Origin: Chrysomallon squamiferum
Taxonomy: Eukaryota; Animalia; Mollusca
Direction: 5' to 3'
Length of the DNA: 64,000 nucleotides
Assembly (NCBI GenBank): GCA_012295275.1
Contig: CM022669.1
Coordinates: 12,462,001 to 12,526,000 of the forward strand
Part shown: positions 1-13,255 of the stretch, piece after piece
How positions within the stretch are numbered: position 1 is the first letter of the stretch
Layout of the letters: the number at the start of each line of letters is the position of its first letter
Made by a program: the position numbers and the translations under genes
Notes under the pieces: generated by a model
What the model was told of the DNA's origin: nothing
Database searches by the model: none
Seen by the model: the letters and a program-made list of their open reading frames with translations, nothing else

Positions 1-115
1 TTTATCAAAACATTTTCTCTAAATTTATCTGACATTATTCGTATCAGCTTTCCCATGTTAAAATAATTATTCTTGAATAACACTGGTTCTGTCTGTGTTC
101 AGTCATGCATAATGT

Positions 116-1175
116 TCAAGGAATTTTGTACAAGAATTCACCATTATCATCAAAGACCACTCTACCCTTTTCAGAATTTGCTTCACTTCCAAATTGTTTT
201 GACAAATTTGACTCTTTATGTTTCTTATTTTCATATTTAGATTGTGAAATGGCTTTTTTGTTCTTTGATTCTACGCCTTCCCCATCTATATGTTCAGAAT
301 ACTTATCAGTTGAAACATCATTTAGATCATATCTTGACATCTTTGTTCTGCTAAAACCTTTAAAATTATCTGTCTTTTTAATAATACTTTTAACTTTTGA
401 CCGACTAAATTCTTGTTTTGCTTTACAAGACAAACTTTTCACTTTCTTTTTGGAAATTCCTTGTTGAACAACATTTCGTAAAATATCTTCAGTTATTATT
501 TCAGGAGATACCCTTTTACTGGTACAGTCTTTCACTATGGACTCAAATATTCCAGTATTTGAGGATTTCACTACAGGCAGTGCAGACTGTTTCTCATCTC
601 CCGGAGTTAAGTAAGCCAGATTGCTTTTTATCTTACTCATGTAATCTCTCACAGCAATTTCTTTATCACCCGCTAGAGTTGATTTCAGTGCAAGCAAGTG
701 CTTCCAGGCACGCTTGTCGTGTTTAATAATTTCCAGTTCATTCTTTGGCTGGTATTTTGATTTCAGGATTCTTATTATGCTGTTTTTCGAAACAGGAAAA
801 CTCTCTGCTAGCTTCTCCACTGTCCATTCATCAGGGTTTTCACGGTTCAGTGAACGAATTTGTTCTTTGGTGTTCCATGTTAAAATGTTGGGTTCTGGAT
901 GTTCTTTGAAATATTTCTTTTCCAGTATCTTCTTTTTGATGAATATCTGCTGTGCAATTGTCTTTCTGTAATGATAAAAAAAACCATCAATAAGTGAATT
1001 AGATTTGTTTTGTTATCTATGAAAGAAGAAAAAAAATAACATCCTTTCAAAATTGTGTATTTCATGATCCCACTATATATTTTTATGTATGTGTTTGTGT
1101 GACAATAGTAATTCAAGTAAAGAGGATAAATAATTTAAACTAACTAGTCACTTAAAAAATAATTTAAAAACATTA

Positions 1176-1207
<32 letters not shown>

Positions 1208-1630
1208 TATTATAAAACAGTTAATTAAAAAATATATATATATAATATATAAACAGTTATTGAATCTGAAATTGTAAGGCACAGATGACTGACTGATCAG
1301 TATACACCTACAGCAGTACAACGCCCTGAAAGACATATTATTAATATTTACTTTTGATGTTGTTCAAAACGTTCCTCTTCGTCTACGTTTAGTTCTGTTT
1401 CAATCTTTTCTAAATCGTCGTCAAACTGTTTCATCTAAAATGTCGAACTGCCTCTGTCGTCTTGGTGATTCTAGTTGTTCTGAAATTATTGGTAACATAT
1501 GTCTTCGCGGCCTCCTCACATTTCTGACAGCCACCAGACATCCAAGAATACAATATTTAGTCGTGTCAAAACTTTGTCTTGTCAATGAATGCAGCACTTT
1601 TGCAGGAATTACTCCGAAAGTCCTGATCAT
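116..1630 (-). CDS. NGRN: Neugrin-like mitochondrial ribosome biogenesis factor (spliced; 5' end ambiguous)
   Basis: Last exon 965-116 (tacag| acceptor) reads ...EPNILTWNTKEQIRSLNRENPDEWTVEKLAESFPVSKNSIIRILKSKYQP..., matching the neugrin/Rrg9 core (cf. human LTWEAMEQIRYL...WSVPRLAEGFDVS...IRRVLKSK). The preceding exon segment 1434-1352 (acidic MKQFDDDLEKIETELNVDEEERFEQHQK, donor aa|gtaaat) joins in phase (83+850 nt = 311 codons). The upstream presequence-like ORF 1630-1421 is out of frame (see findings). Confidence 0.85.
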
Positions 1631-2250
1631 GTTTATTTATGATTTTAATTTGAAAAAGTTATTCGATTTATGGAATTATTAATTATTATTAAGATGTGAT
1701 AGATCTATTAATGTCTTCTGCTTTGGATGACATCTATTACAGCTGCTCTAAAGAATAGTAAATTATAAATCTAATAATAAAAACATGCTGCTCCTGCTTT
1801 CTGTTTACAGAAAGAAGTAATGATTGTACTAAAGTGCATAACACAATATATCAAGTCACACTAGAAGAACGGAGTATTTTCAACCGAACCATGTACTGAT
1901 GAATATACACAACTAAATTTTTATAGTCTTATAATTTCTTTAAATTAATTAGTTAACAATAAAATCAATAAAGTTAGTCAACGCCTATATTAATTTGGTA
2001 TAATCAACAGAATAAATGAATAATACACTAAGTTAATCTTCATCCAAAAATCTGCCCTCTCATAATTTATACAAACAAATCAATGAATATACAATTTGCA
2101 TATTTTAATAAATAAAGTATTACTATTTTAAAGTTTAATTTGTTATCATTTTTCCATTTTAAAATGAAAACTCTTAAAAAGATTAATGACACGCAGACTA
2201 CACACATTGAACAAGACTTAGTATCGTTATTATTACCGTGTTTTCTTTAT

Positions 2251-2268
2251 TTCCGGTTCCGGTGGGAA
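2251..2268. promoter_or_regulatory. Tandem ETS/GABP-like (CCGGAA) motifs in the divergent NGRN/DCP2 promoter
   Basis: ttccggttccggtgggaa lies ~90 nt upstream of the DCP2 ATG in a ~720 bp head-to-head intergenic region. A near-identical tandem motif occurs upstream of CCDC124. Confidence 0.5.
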
Positions 2269-2347
2269 ATGTAAAATAAGAATGAAATGCTTAGTTTTAT
2301 ATTAATGTTTCTTAGGATTCTTAACTTTTATTTTCGTTACTGTCATT

Positions 2348-5300
2348 ATGGCTGCAGCAAATCAAAGTCTTCCATTGTCATCAACTGCATTTGTTATTCC
2401 TAAATATGTTTTGGATGATTTATGCAGGTATATTTGACGTGCAAAATCAAAAATAATACAAATGAAATAAATAAATAAATATTTATTTATTTATTTATTT
2501 ATTTTCGTCTTCTTCTTCATCTTTTTTATTTATGTATTATTTTTATTTTGTTTAATCTGCAGAAAACATTCACATTAAATTATTAAATGATAAAAACCAT
2601 AAATAGTTTGTTCAATACTGACAATAAATGAATAATAAACTTGAATATGATATATGATATATAATGATATATAAACAATTATTCATACTATTTATTACCT
2701 AGATTTAAATAAATTAATCATATTTAATATCAGTGATTTGAAAGATGAAAATAATTTATATTTAATAGAAATTAACCATAATTTGCTATATACAATTGCA
2801 GTCGATTCATTATCAATATTCCAGAAGAAGAGCGACAAGATTTGATACGTATATTTTTTCAAATTGAACTGGCTCACTGGTTCTATCTTGATTTTTACTG
2901 TGCTGAAGACATCGAGCTTAGAACTGTGGGCATTCGAGATTTTTCAGTTCAGAGTATCCTTTGAATTATAATTTGTAAATTTTGGTATAATTATGTTCAA
3001 ATTTCTGTCCAAAATTATTCCACTAATTTATCAAAATCCATGCCTGGCAAATAAAAACTCCCTTACTGCTAACAAAAAATGATTAAGAAATTATGGTTGA
3101 TAATTTTATATATATATAAATTATAATTTTTGCAGATAATAAGGTTAAATTATTTTTTCAGTACATATTTAAATAAAACACATTTATTTATATTTTGCTG
3201 TTAATGTAATTTATTTATTGTGTTTCTATTACAGATCTATCATTTTATTATTTTTAATATTTTTCACCTAACCATTTAGTGACTTATTTTTATGATTAAT
3301 ATAGTTATGACATTTTAGTATGTTTTGAAAACACACATTCTTTTATTTTAGTAATGTATTATGTAGGTTATGAAAATTCATAACATGTTTTAAAATATAT
3401 CTTAGTTTTCCTTAATTGCCATAGTTTTTCATCACTGCCCATTTCTGTCAGAGTATGTTGGTGAAGTTGAAAAGAGGTTTGAGGAATGGAGAGCATACAA
3501 AATGAGTGTACCAACATATGGAGCAATTATTCTTGATCCTGAAATGAAATATGTATGTATGATATATTAGTATTTAAAAAAAAAAAAAATTGTGTTTTCA
3601 ATTTTGCATACTTCATAGCTGAATATTGCTGTGTATATATATATATTATCTGTGTGCATATATATATGTATAACTATATTAAAATGAAAAAAGATTTATG
3701 TAATGTCCCTTTTCTGTGTATTTTTAAGGAAAGTTTTTAAGTGTATTAAAATTATTGTACAACTAAATGTTAAAAAGCAAACATATATTCTAATTTATTT
3801 TACATAACAGAATACAAAATGATGAACCTTACACAATCATGATAATGCTTGTTGATCAATGCTTTTGGACAAAGTCACTTAGTCAAATGTCAGTTTTTAA
3901 GGAAATGTTTAAAATGCATTAGAGCTATTATATCTGTTATAAAATTGTAGTAAATGTTAATAAGGTAAAAATATTAATTATCTATTTTACGTAGTAGAAT
4001 ACAAAATGATGAATCTTATTTACTTAGTGCTTGTTGGCTCAAGGATTTTGGACAAAATCAAGTTGGGGATTTCCCAAGGGCAAGGTGAATGCTGAAGAAA
4101 GCCCACTTAGCTGTGCAATAAGAGAGGTATATATTTTATTTATACTACTACTAGTTCTAATTTGTTAGTATATTATTGTGGAAATTTACAAGATAACAGT
4201 TTTTACTACTAGTTAATTAAATAATTACGGATTATTATTCATTAAATAGTATTAATTTATAAGGACCCGATTTCTGACATTTTAGAAGAAACAAAATTTT
4301 ATATTTGTTAACCATCTAGGAACCATTAAAATGAAGTCTTCGAATTGTATAAAATGAATTAAATGATTATTATTATAATAATAATAATTATTATTATTGT
4401 TATTTTTATTGTTATTGTTATTAATGTTGTTGTTGTCACTACTAATATTAATAATAATTCTTCTGTTATTGTTGTTCAGGTTTTAGAAGAGACGGGTCTA
4501 GATGTTGCTGACTTGATAAGTAAAACAGATTTCATTGAGAATCAACTAAACGACCAACTTACTCGACTTTACATCATTCCCGGTGTTGCCTTGGATACAC
4601 ACTTCCAGCCGCAGACTCGCAAAGAAATCAAAGTAAATTTTTAAACATTTAAATATTTATTTTCTCAACAAGAAGTATAGTTAAAAACCAACAAAAACAA
4701 AACAAAATAAAACCCATCCCAAAAACATATTAATAAAAAAATTAATAACTGCTTAAAAAATATGAAGTGTGTGTGTGTGTGTGTGTCATAATTTTAAAAA
4801 TATGTAATAATCTGAAAATGTGTGTGTCTGTGTGTAATTTATTTATTTGTATATAGTATTAGTTATAATTTATGTTTATAGTATATTAAGAAATTATTTT
4901 GGTTTATTAGTTTAATTATTAATATATATTTTGCTTGATTATATTATTATTAAAATGATAGTTGTATATGAAACAATTTATCATAACACAGTTAATTTAT
5001 TGTTCTGCTGTATAATTTTCTGGCTGTTGTTGTTATTATGAAATTGGAAGTCAAATTTAAGAAATGAACTATTTTAAAATTCTATATTTATCATTTTATG
5101 TTTCAGGGTTTACAGTGGTTTCCTGTTCATGCTTTACCAATGCACAAAAGAGACCAAACTCCGAAGTCCCTTCTGGGAATGAATCCTAACAATTTTTTCA
5201 TGGTTATTCCTTTTGTCAAGTAAGAAGTGTTTGAGTAATAAACAAAAAAATTAATAATACGAATAATTTTGAACTGTATATGAATATTTATTTTAAATAC

Positions 5301-7537
5301 TATGAAATTAAATATTCGGTGTTACCATATCTTATATAGGGTGTATCTTTGCATTAATTCCTTACCTAGACAAATCACAAATGCTTTTTAGAAACATTGA
5401 AAATAAATAAAAAAATGTACTTATTTTAGAAATCTCAGAAAATGGCTTTCCAACAAACAAGCCGAGGGAAATGGAAATGGCGAGAATAAAAGCTCTTCTT
5501 TCCGGACCAAAATCTGGGAGAACAGCGAGAGAAAACTCGACAGTCAGAGACAGAGAAAACACACACAGCCGCAGCAGAACTTCATTAAGCAGAACCAGAG
5601 TGAGATTCAGGATTTACTGCAGCTACAGGAAGAACGACAGAAAGGGAGAAATTCTGCCGATTTTACTGAGAAGAAGTCTGCTTCAAAATCCACTCACCGA
5701 CAACACGCAAACAATTCACCGAGACAGAACAAGACACAGATACAGATAATGGTTTGTGCATTATTTAATTAAAATAACATAGAAATAACAGTTTGTGTGT
5801 TTTTTTTTTGAGGTAATCGTAAACAATGGTTTATGTGTTTTTAAATTAAAATAATTGGTAAAAAATAATGGGTTGTATGTTTTTAGTTAAAGTAACCATA
5901 ATCAATAGTTTGTGTGTTTTTAGTTAAAATACAGTTGTAATAAAGGATTTGTGTATGGGTTTTTAAAATAATTATTTGTTTTGTTTTTTAAAAATTAAAA
6001 TACAGTTATAATTAATTGTGTGATTTTTTTAATTTTAAATAGTAATTATAATTATTTTTTTTTTTAATTATAGATAATGGTTTATGTGGTGTTTTAAAAA
6101 AAAAGTAAATTAAAAATAATACTTTGTATGGATTTTTAAATAATGGTTTGTGTTTTTTCATCAAAATCATATGTAATGGTTTGTGTGTTTTTAATTAAAA
6201 TTACTATAAATAATGATTTCATGCTTTAAATTAAAATACAGTAATAAATAGTTTTAAGTTATGATTTGTGTGTTTTTAGTTAGAGTGGTATTAACATTAT
6301 TGTTACAGATAATAGTTTCTTAAAAACATATATTTTTGTTTTATCTTCATTAGTGTTGGAAATTGCTAGAATTTAGGACAATACAGTTTATCTTATAAGA
6401 AGTGTATTAGTGTAAAACTGTGCATTTTAAGTAATTACTGTCTGCTTAAGTGCCTGATATAGTAAATAAGGCTGAGAAATTAGGATAAGTATGATTAGTA
6501 CTACTTAAAATGTTTCCTTTTTTAGAGTCGTGATGGCCACATTTCTGGAAATACTCGTAGAAACCTAGCTGACCAGTTTGACAGACCAAGTAAGATTCTT
6601 TGTTTTAAAAATATTCTTTTGCCTTTTTAATTAATTAATTACCTATTTATTTAGTTTTTTTTATTTATTTATTTATTTTTTTTATTTTATTTTATTTTTT
6701 TTTTTTTATTTTTTTTTTTTATTTTTTTTTTTTTTTTTTTTTTTTTTTATTTATTTATTTATTTATTTTTTTTTTTTTTTGTCTTATAATGTTATATACA
6801 AAGCTATAACTCAAATAATTATTGTTGCATATGTAAAGTTATATTTTGACAACAAATACGATTTCACAGTTACATTTGAGAAGATTACAAATGGATGTGC
6901 GATTGTATAATTTTAGACATGTTTCTAACACAGAACTGTCTAATTACAGCTTTCATTGGTGAGGTCTCTGACTTTTTATCAATGATAATTTCCATATTAT
7001 TAACACAACTGAAATTTAATACAGTATTTAAAAATATTTGAAAAGAATTACAGAAAGTTATTAAATTATATATAATGGTATTAAAGTTATTAACCACTGT
7101 TTGAATCAAATAAAAACTAAATGAACTTATATATATATATATACTTTAAATTATTATTGTTGTTGTTTTATTATTATTTTAATTTTATTATCAGTTCATT
7201 TAGTTTTTATTTGATTCAAATATAAATTTATTAACTTTCTGTAATTCTCTTCATGCTATTCTTAAATAGTGTATTAAATTATTTCTGACCGTCTATCTGT
7301 CTGTCTTTCTGTCTACATTTACACATATTTATTTTAATTATCTACTTTCTCTTTTCATTGCCAGGTCGACCTGCTCCAGGGACTGTACCCTCAGACCGTC
7401 CATCCAGATCCAGCTCAAACAATTCCATCAAAGAAAGGAAATCCAGAAAGAAAGAGTCACTGAAAAATGAATTCTGCTCTAAAACGTGGCTTAACTTCAA
7501 GTTCGATGTCGACGCCATTATGGCCTGCATACCCTGA
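2348..7537 (+). CDS. DCP2: mRNA-decapping enzyme 2 (Nudix hydrolase), 9 coding exons, ~427 aa
   Basis: Exons 2348-2427, 2802-2953, 3425-3552, 4028-4126, 4480-4632, 5107-5219, 5430-5751, 6526-6589 and 7365-7537 have consistent phases (1284 nt). Box A reads [37 protein letters not shown]. The Nudix box reads [35 protein letters not shown] is present, and the C-terminal [21 protein letters not shown] resembles the metazoan EDC4-binding tail. Confidence 0.96.
2954..3424 (+). other. U12-type (minor spliceosome) GT-AG intron, DCP2 intron 2
   Basis: 5' splice site GTATCCTTT at 2954. Branch site TTTTCCTTAAT at 3406-3416 lies ~10 nt before the AG at 3423-3424, with no polypyrimidine tract. The reading frame is preserved across the intron. 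Confidence 0.92.
3721..4070 (+). repeat. Degenerate ~180 bp tandem duplication covering the 3' end of DCP2 intron 3 and the start of exon 4
   Basis: agaatacaaaatgatgaacctt...tgcttgttgatcaatgcttttggacaaagtca (~3809-3878) vs agaatacaaaatgatgaatctt...tgcttgttggctcaaggattttggacaaaatca (~3996-4060). Confidence 0.8.
5741..6320 (+). repeat. Degenerate ~35-40 bp tandem repeat starting at the DCP2 exon 7 donor
   Basis: The unit approximates (acag)ataatg|gtttgtgtgttttttaattaaaat. The first copy is the functional exon end/donor. Confidence 0.75.
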
Positions 7538-7812
7538 TCTAAGAGTCAGTAGTTGAACTGACCACCCTGACCCCTCCCCCACCTCCAGCTTAAAAGAAGT
7601 GTTACGAATATTTGTCTCAGGACAGTAAAAGCTTTAATTAGATGTTGCGATCGTTAGAATCCAACGCTAAAAAACTGATAATGTTCAGATGGACAAAGGG
7701 TCTGGATTGGATGTTGTGAATCCAGGGCAATAAAATCTAGTTTTTATTTTTGTTGTTTTTTTTAAAACTTTTTATGTGAAATTCACATTCATAGACTCCA
7801 TGATTGGTAAGC

Positions 7813-7870
<58 letters not shown>

Positions 7871-8287
7871 GTTATTATTATTATTGTTACTATTTATTTA
7901 TTTTATTTTATTTTATTTTATTTTATTTTATTTTATTTTTTTTATTTTTATTTTTATTTTTTCACATTAAATCTCCTTCATGTCTGTGTTACTCTCATTT
8001 CCATAAAAAAATATTTTACATCCCAAGAGTCATATCTGAGGTTTACCTTGTTTTGTGATACGTCAGACTGAATGCATGTTTTCATGAAATGGTGCCAGGA
8101 TTTCAGCCACCAGAATAATGTGTTAATTAGCTCTGCAAATTCTGTTTTGTGTTTTTAAGTGTGGTGTTCTCATTTTCCTAAATGAATCCAGGGCATTTCT
8201 AGCCTGCTTTATGGGTAGGTACTTGAATGAAGTTAAATTAACTGTTGATTTTTCTTTAACGAGATAACTGCACAGTAGGAAGTAGTT

Positions 8288-8328
<41 letters not shown>

Positions 8329-8336
8329 ATCTGGTA

Positions 8337-8403
<67 letters not shown>

Positions 8404-11400
8404 TTATTTTTTTTCCTTTTTTTTTTTTCAGCTTTCACAACTGAAAACTTAGCTTACATTTCACTGAAATTTAAAAATATTTTTTTTTTACTTTTTTCAT
8501 AGAAAAGGAATAAATCTTGTGTTAATTATTCACTGGAATTTTTTCCTTGAAGTCATTAATTATATTTGAATTCAAAGGACTGTCATTCAGTGGTAATGAA
8601 GCAGAAATGAGGCAAGACTGACACAATACAATTTGTCCCCAGTGCAACGATTGGACTATTTACCTTTTCAGTCAGTGCCTCACAATCGGTTTATCATTAA
8701 CCATGATGTTTTCCTTTATGTAATGTTATATAAATTATTCATTGCTGAAAATTATGACTGGATTTCTCTCTCACAATTTATTTTATTTTTTTTTTTTTTT
8801 TTTTTTTTGTCATTCAGTCTTAAAGTTATGGTTCATCCTGTAGTTTGTCATAAATAAAGTTTCATATATTTTAATTTTAATTAGGATACATGAATTAAAG
8901 ATTTTGCATTTGAAAAGTTTTAGTTTGAAAATATCACTGAACAATTAGAAGAAAAAAATAATAGTAATAATAATAATAATTTTTCAAATAGGTATTAGTT
9001 TAAAAAAATAATAATAACAAATAATAAATAAATAAATAGATAAATAAACAATATATTATGTTTATCTAGGTCTATGAGAAATTATTATTTTTTGAATATT
9101 TTGTCATGTGTTCAGTTCATTGCATTTGTGAATTTGTTTAGTACATTTTAATGTGGAATCAACATAACAAAGTTTTATTAATTTTTCATTCTAATGGTAC
9201 AGACTCAGCATTCTATATTATGAATGGAATTTCTTATAACAATAGGGGGAAAAAATAAAAATGAATTGTTAATATATGTAAAAATTATAAACTAATTAAT
9301 AAATAAAACTTTTTTTTTTTTGCTGATGTAACCATGTTAATGTTTAGAAATGTATGTTTATCATGAAATTTTCTAAATAAACAACATCGTATTGGTAGTT
9401 TAATTATATGTTGTTTACTTTTATATTTTTATATTATAAAATTTATCACAGTTTATTGCCAGTAATAATAATCTTTAAAAATGATTTTAATTCTAGTTAT
9501 TTTATTTATTTATTTTTTTGTTATTTGTTTGTTTGTTTATTTATTCATTTATTTATTTTTTTGTTATATGTCTGTTTGTTTGTTTATTTATTTATTTATT
9601 TATTTGTTTATTTATGTTCATTTACCAGTATTAAAGATATGAAAAACAAAACGTATGAAAGCAGTGTTTGTTATAATCATGTACAAGACCTCTGTGATTA
9701 TTTTAAATCTACCGGTGATGTTACAATTATGATGTCTTGTTTAATCAATAAATTTTGTTTGTTTAAATTTAATAATGGTTTTTTTGTTGTTGTTATTGTT
9801 ATTATTATTACTATTATTATTACTATACTACTACTAGTACTATGATTCTGTTATTATTAGCAGTACTACTACTACTGCTACTATTCTATCATTATTATTA
9901 TTATTATTATAAAATATTAATAATGAAACATTTATATATTCCTGTTTGAGTAATTTTTATTAATAATTGAGTCTGATATATACAACAAATAACATTAGAA
10001 TTTGTTCTGTGTTTGCGTGATGTTTGATATTACTCCTTGTGTACAAATTTTCTGTGAGGGAAGCTTAAAATTAAATTTTACTATGTTTATTTTCTAATTA
10101 TCTGTATTAAAGCTTAGTGTGTGTGTGTGTGTTTCTATATATAGTAAACACAAACAGATGACAGACATACACATACATACACACATACAAACTTGAGATC
10201 AGAGATGCAAACAAAGTCTTTTCTACACATTAAAAATATTTGAACCAGATCAACATTTACCACTATCTACACAATCTAACCTACTTCTTTTATTGTTTGT
10301 GTACAAAGTATCATTTACAAGTGTGTTTTTATTTAATGACAAGAATAATAACAATAAAGGTAACTGATACTACAAAACTAGTTCTGGACTGTTTGAATAA
10401 AATACTGTTATACTATGATGTTCAGAGCCAGTTTTACAAATCAATGAATAATTTTGTTTACATGATGTTCAATAATTCTATTGATGCCTCCTTTTGTAGT
10501 GTGTGACGCTGTATCTTCATGTATATTTATGTGTATGCATTTGTTTTAATTGTTTTCAGATCAGTTTTATAATCAGAGGTATTATTAACATAATATACTA
10601 TTATTTTCCACAGCCACATTCTTAATTCATAAGAGATATTATTGACAGAATTTTGTCTAGTTCTATTTTCCACAAAAAAGAATTACTCAAAATGTTCAGA
10701 GGTGAGTTTTCACTCAAGTTGTGTTTAAACAACAGGATGCAGAATGGGTTATAACTGAACAAGTCTAAGTAACATGAGCATGCTACATGAAGAAAAGGTC
10801 AGTTTGCCTGCAAATACAGTTGTAATGGCTTCTGAGTTGCACAGAGGCAGGAAAGACTTTCTAGGGTTTTCTGTTTTGTTTGTAAGTGTCCTGGTGAAGG
10901 AGGTATTCATTAGCATACAGATGTGACCTGGGACTGCACTGAATTATGGTGAGTTGCCCGAGTTTTTTTTTTTCATTGTATGTTTATCTTCTTGTATATT
11001 TTATAGCCTAGTATACTGGGTGTGTATTTGAGCTTATGTGTATGTATGTACACACACACACACACACACACACAAAATATAAAAACAAACACATATTCAC
11101 ATATAAACCTATATGTGTATATCTATGTTTATATCTATCTATCTGTCAACATTAATATTATCTGATATCCATTATAAATGTCTGAAAAAAATTAAATAAA
11201 AAAAAAGATTTTGCAACAGATAAATTAACAGTAAGTTATATCAATGGTATATAAAATATCACAGATATAAGGTTTAACAGGACATGCTTTTGTGTGTTTT
11301 TTTTTTTTTTTTTTTTTTTTAAACAGTTCAAAATGTCAACTTTTAATTATGGATCAGTTTCATTAACTGCCAGTAATATGATTGAAGTTTTAGATATACT

Positions 11401-11435
11401 TGATATTTTTTGGTAATAATAATAATAATAATAAC

Positions 11436-11500
<65 letters not shown>

Positions 11501-11518
11501 TAATGCTTATGTTGTTGA

Positions 11519-11549
<31 letters not shown>

Positions 11550-11889
11550 GACTATTTTTTATTTATTTATTTTAATATTTTTTTTTACATGTTTAATGCA
11601 TCTTCAATTTTCCACTGATAATAAAATAATTTCAGTATATATGTGTGTAATATTATATCAAGAATTGTCTACTATTTTGCATGCTGGTAATATATGTTTT
11701 AAACCACACCTCTATCAACCTTTAGCATTCCATTTATATTCTGCACACAGAACCATCCATGCACATGCATGTAATTAAAAAACAAAAAGATTTCTCTTCA
11801 AATGTGTAATGCAGCTGTTAGTATTTTTTTTATAAACTGCTCTGTAAGTTAACATATTATTACCTGTGCACTATAAACCATGTATCAAT

Positions 11890-12102
11890 AATAATAATAA
11901 AAATGTATAAATAATGAATAAAGAATAAATAATTATTGAAGTAATAATAATAAAAAATGTATAAATAATGAATAAAAAATAAATAATTATTGAAGAAATA
12001 ATAATAAAAAATGTATAAATAATGAATAAAAAATAAATAATTATTGAAGCAATAATAATAATAAAAAATGTATAAATAACGAATAAAGAATAAAAAAATG
12101 AA

Positions 12103-12136
<34 letters not shown>

Positions 12137-12180
12137 TGTATAAATAATGAATAAAGAATAAAGAAATATTAAAGTAAATA
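11890..12180 (+). repeat. ~56-60 bp A-rich minisatellite (4-5 copies)
   Basis: Repeated aataataaaaaatgtataaataatgaataaagaataaataattattgaagt. Confidence 0.85.
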
Positions 12181-13026
12181 TAATAAAATATATATATATA
12201 TAGTTTTATTTTGTAAAACAGCTGAAAGATTACTAATTACATTAAACAAACAAATGGAGTTTACAGCAGAAATGGTATGAATACCAGATGCATACTTCAG
12301 TTTTCACTCTACCTCCATTTATGTTATTCTTTATAATATAATTATTTAAAAAATTGGGTCTTGATAGTTATATCACAACATATATATCTCTGTTTTGTTT
12401 TTCTATTCAAAAAGAAAACAAACCAAAAACAAAAAAACAACAGTCTCTGCTGTGTAATATAGTTTTATAGACTAATTCAGTCTGTTGTATTCATGGTTCA
12501 TTTAGTGCAGGCAAACTAAGTTTCTTTGAATTTTTGCTTTTTCTCACAGCAGGTCACTTCAGTAAGGTGTGGGAAATACAGTCAGTATAAAAGGTCTTGA
12601 AGGTTATTCCAAAACAATTATATTATTTCTGTTTTATAATTCAGTGTAGGTAAACTAAGTTAATCTGCAAATTTTTTTCATTTTTTTTTCTTTTTCTCAC
12701 AGTAGGTCAGTTCAGTATCATGTTGAAAACATTCTGTATAAAAGTGAGTAAACTATCAACATACATCTTAATTTACTTTTGGATTAAAGTGAGTTTCCAT
12801 AATAAAAAGATGCTGTTTATATACCCTTTTTCATCAGTTTTATTATATAACTGAAGTGTTCTAGTTCTTAAGTAGGATTTATTTAATATTTAATTTAATT
12901 TATTTTTTATTTTATTTTTTTATCTTTATTAGATTATAGAATAAATACACAACACACATTCATTACAAACTTACATCCTACCTATCATCTACATTTATAC
13001 TTACACTCATATACACACAAGCACAT

Positions 13027-13061
<35 letters not shown>

Positions 13062-13255
13062 CAAACACACATAAACTGCCATACACAGATATATCCCCAG
13101 TTAACACACAATACATTACACATAATCCAAGACATAAAACACAATACATTATGACACAAATTTTTATACAGAGGTAATAATTAAATAACATAATACATAC
13201 ATATATTACATCTCATACATTATTATTTATTATTATTGTTTTTTCAGCAGTCACC

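Noticed and set aside
105-971. Plus-strand ORFs 105-467, 418-726, 714-971 and similar antisense ORFs over GT61, CCDC124 and THSD4 exons
   Set aside because: They are antisense shadows of genuine coding exons.
5471-5749. Arg-rich 92-aa [13 protein letters not shown]...
   Set aside because: It is an alternative frame of DCP2 exon 7; splice phases support the other frame.
6870-6897. Possible extra DCP2 microexon (cacag|ttacatttgagaagattacaaatggat|gtgc)
   Set aside because: It is frame-compatible, but the donor is very weak and the gene model is complete without it.
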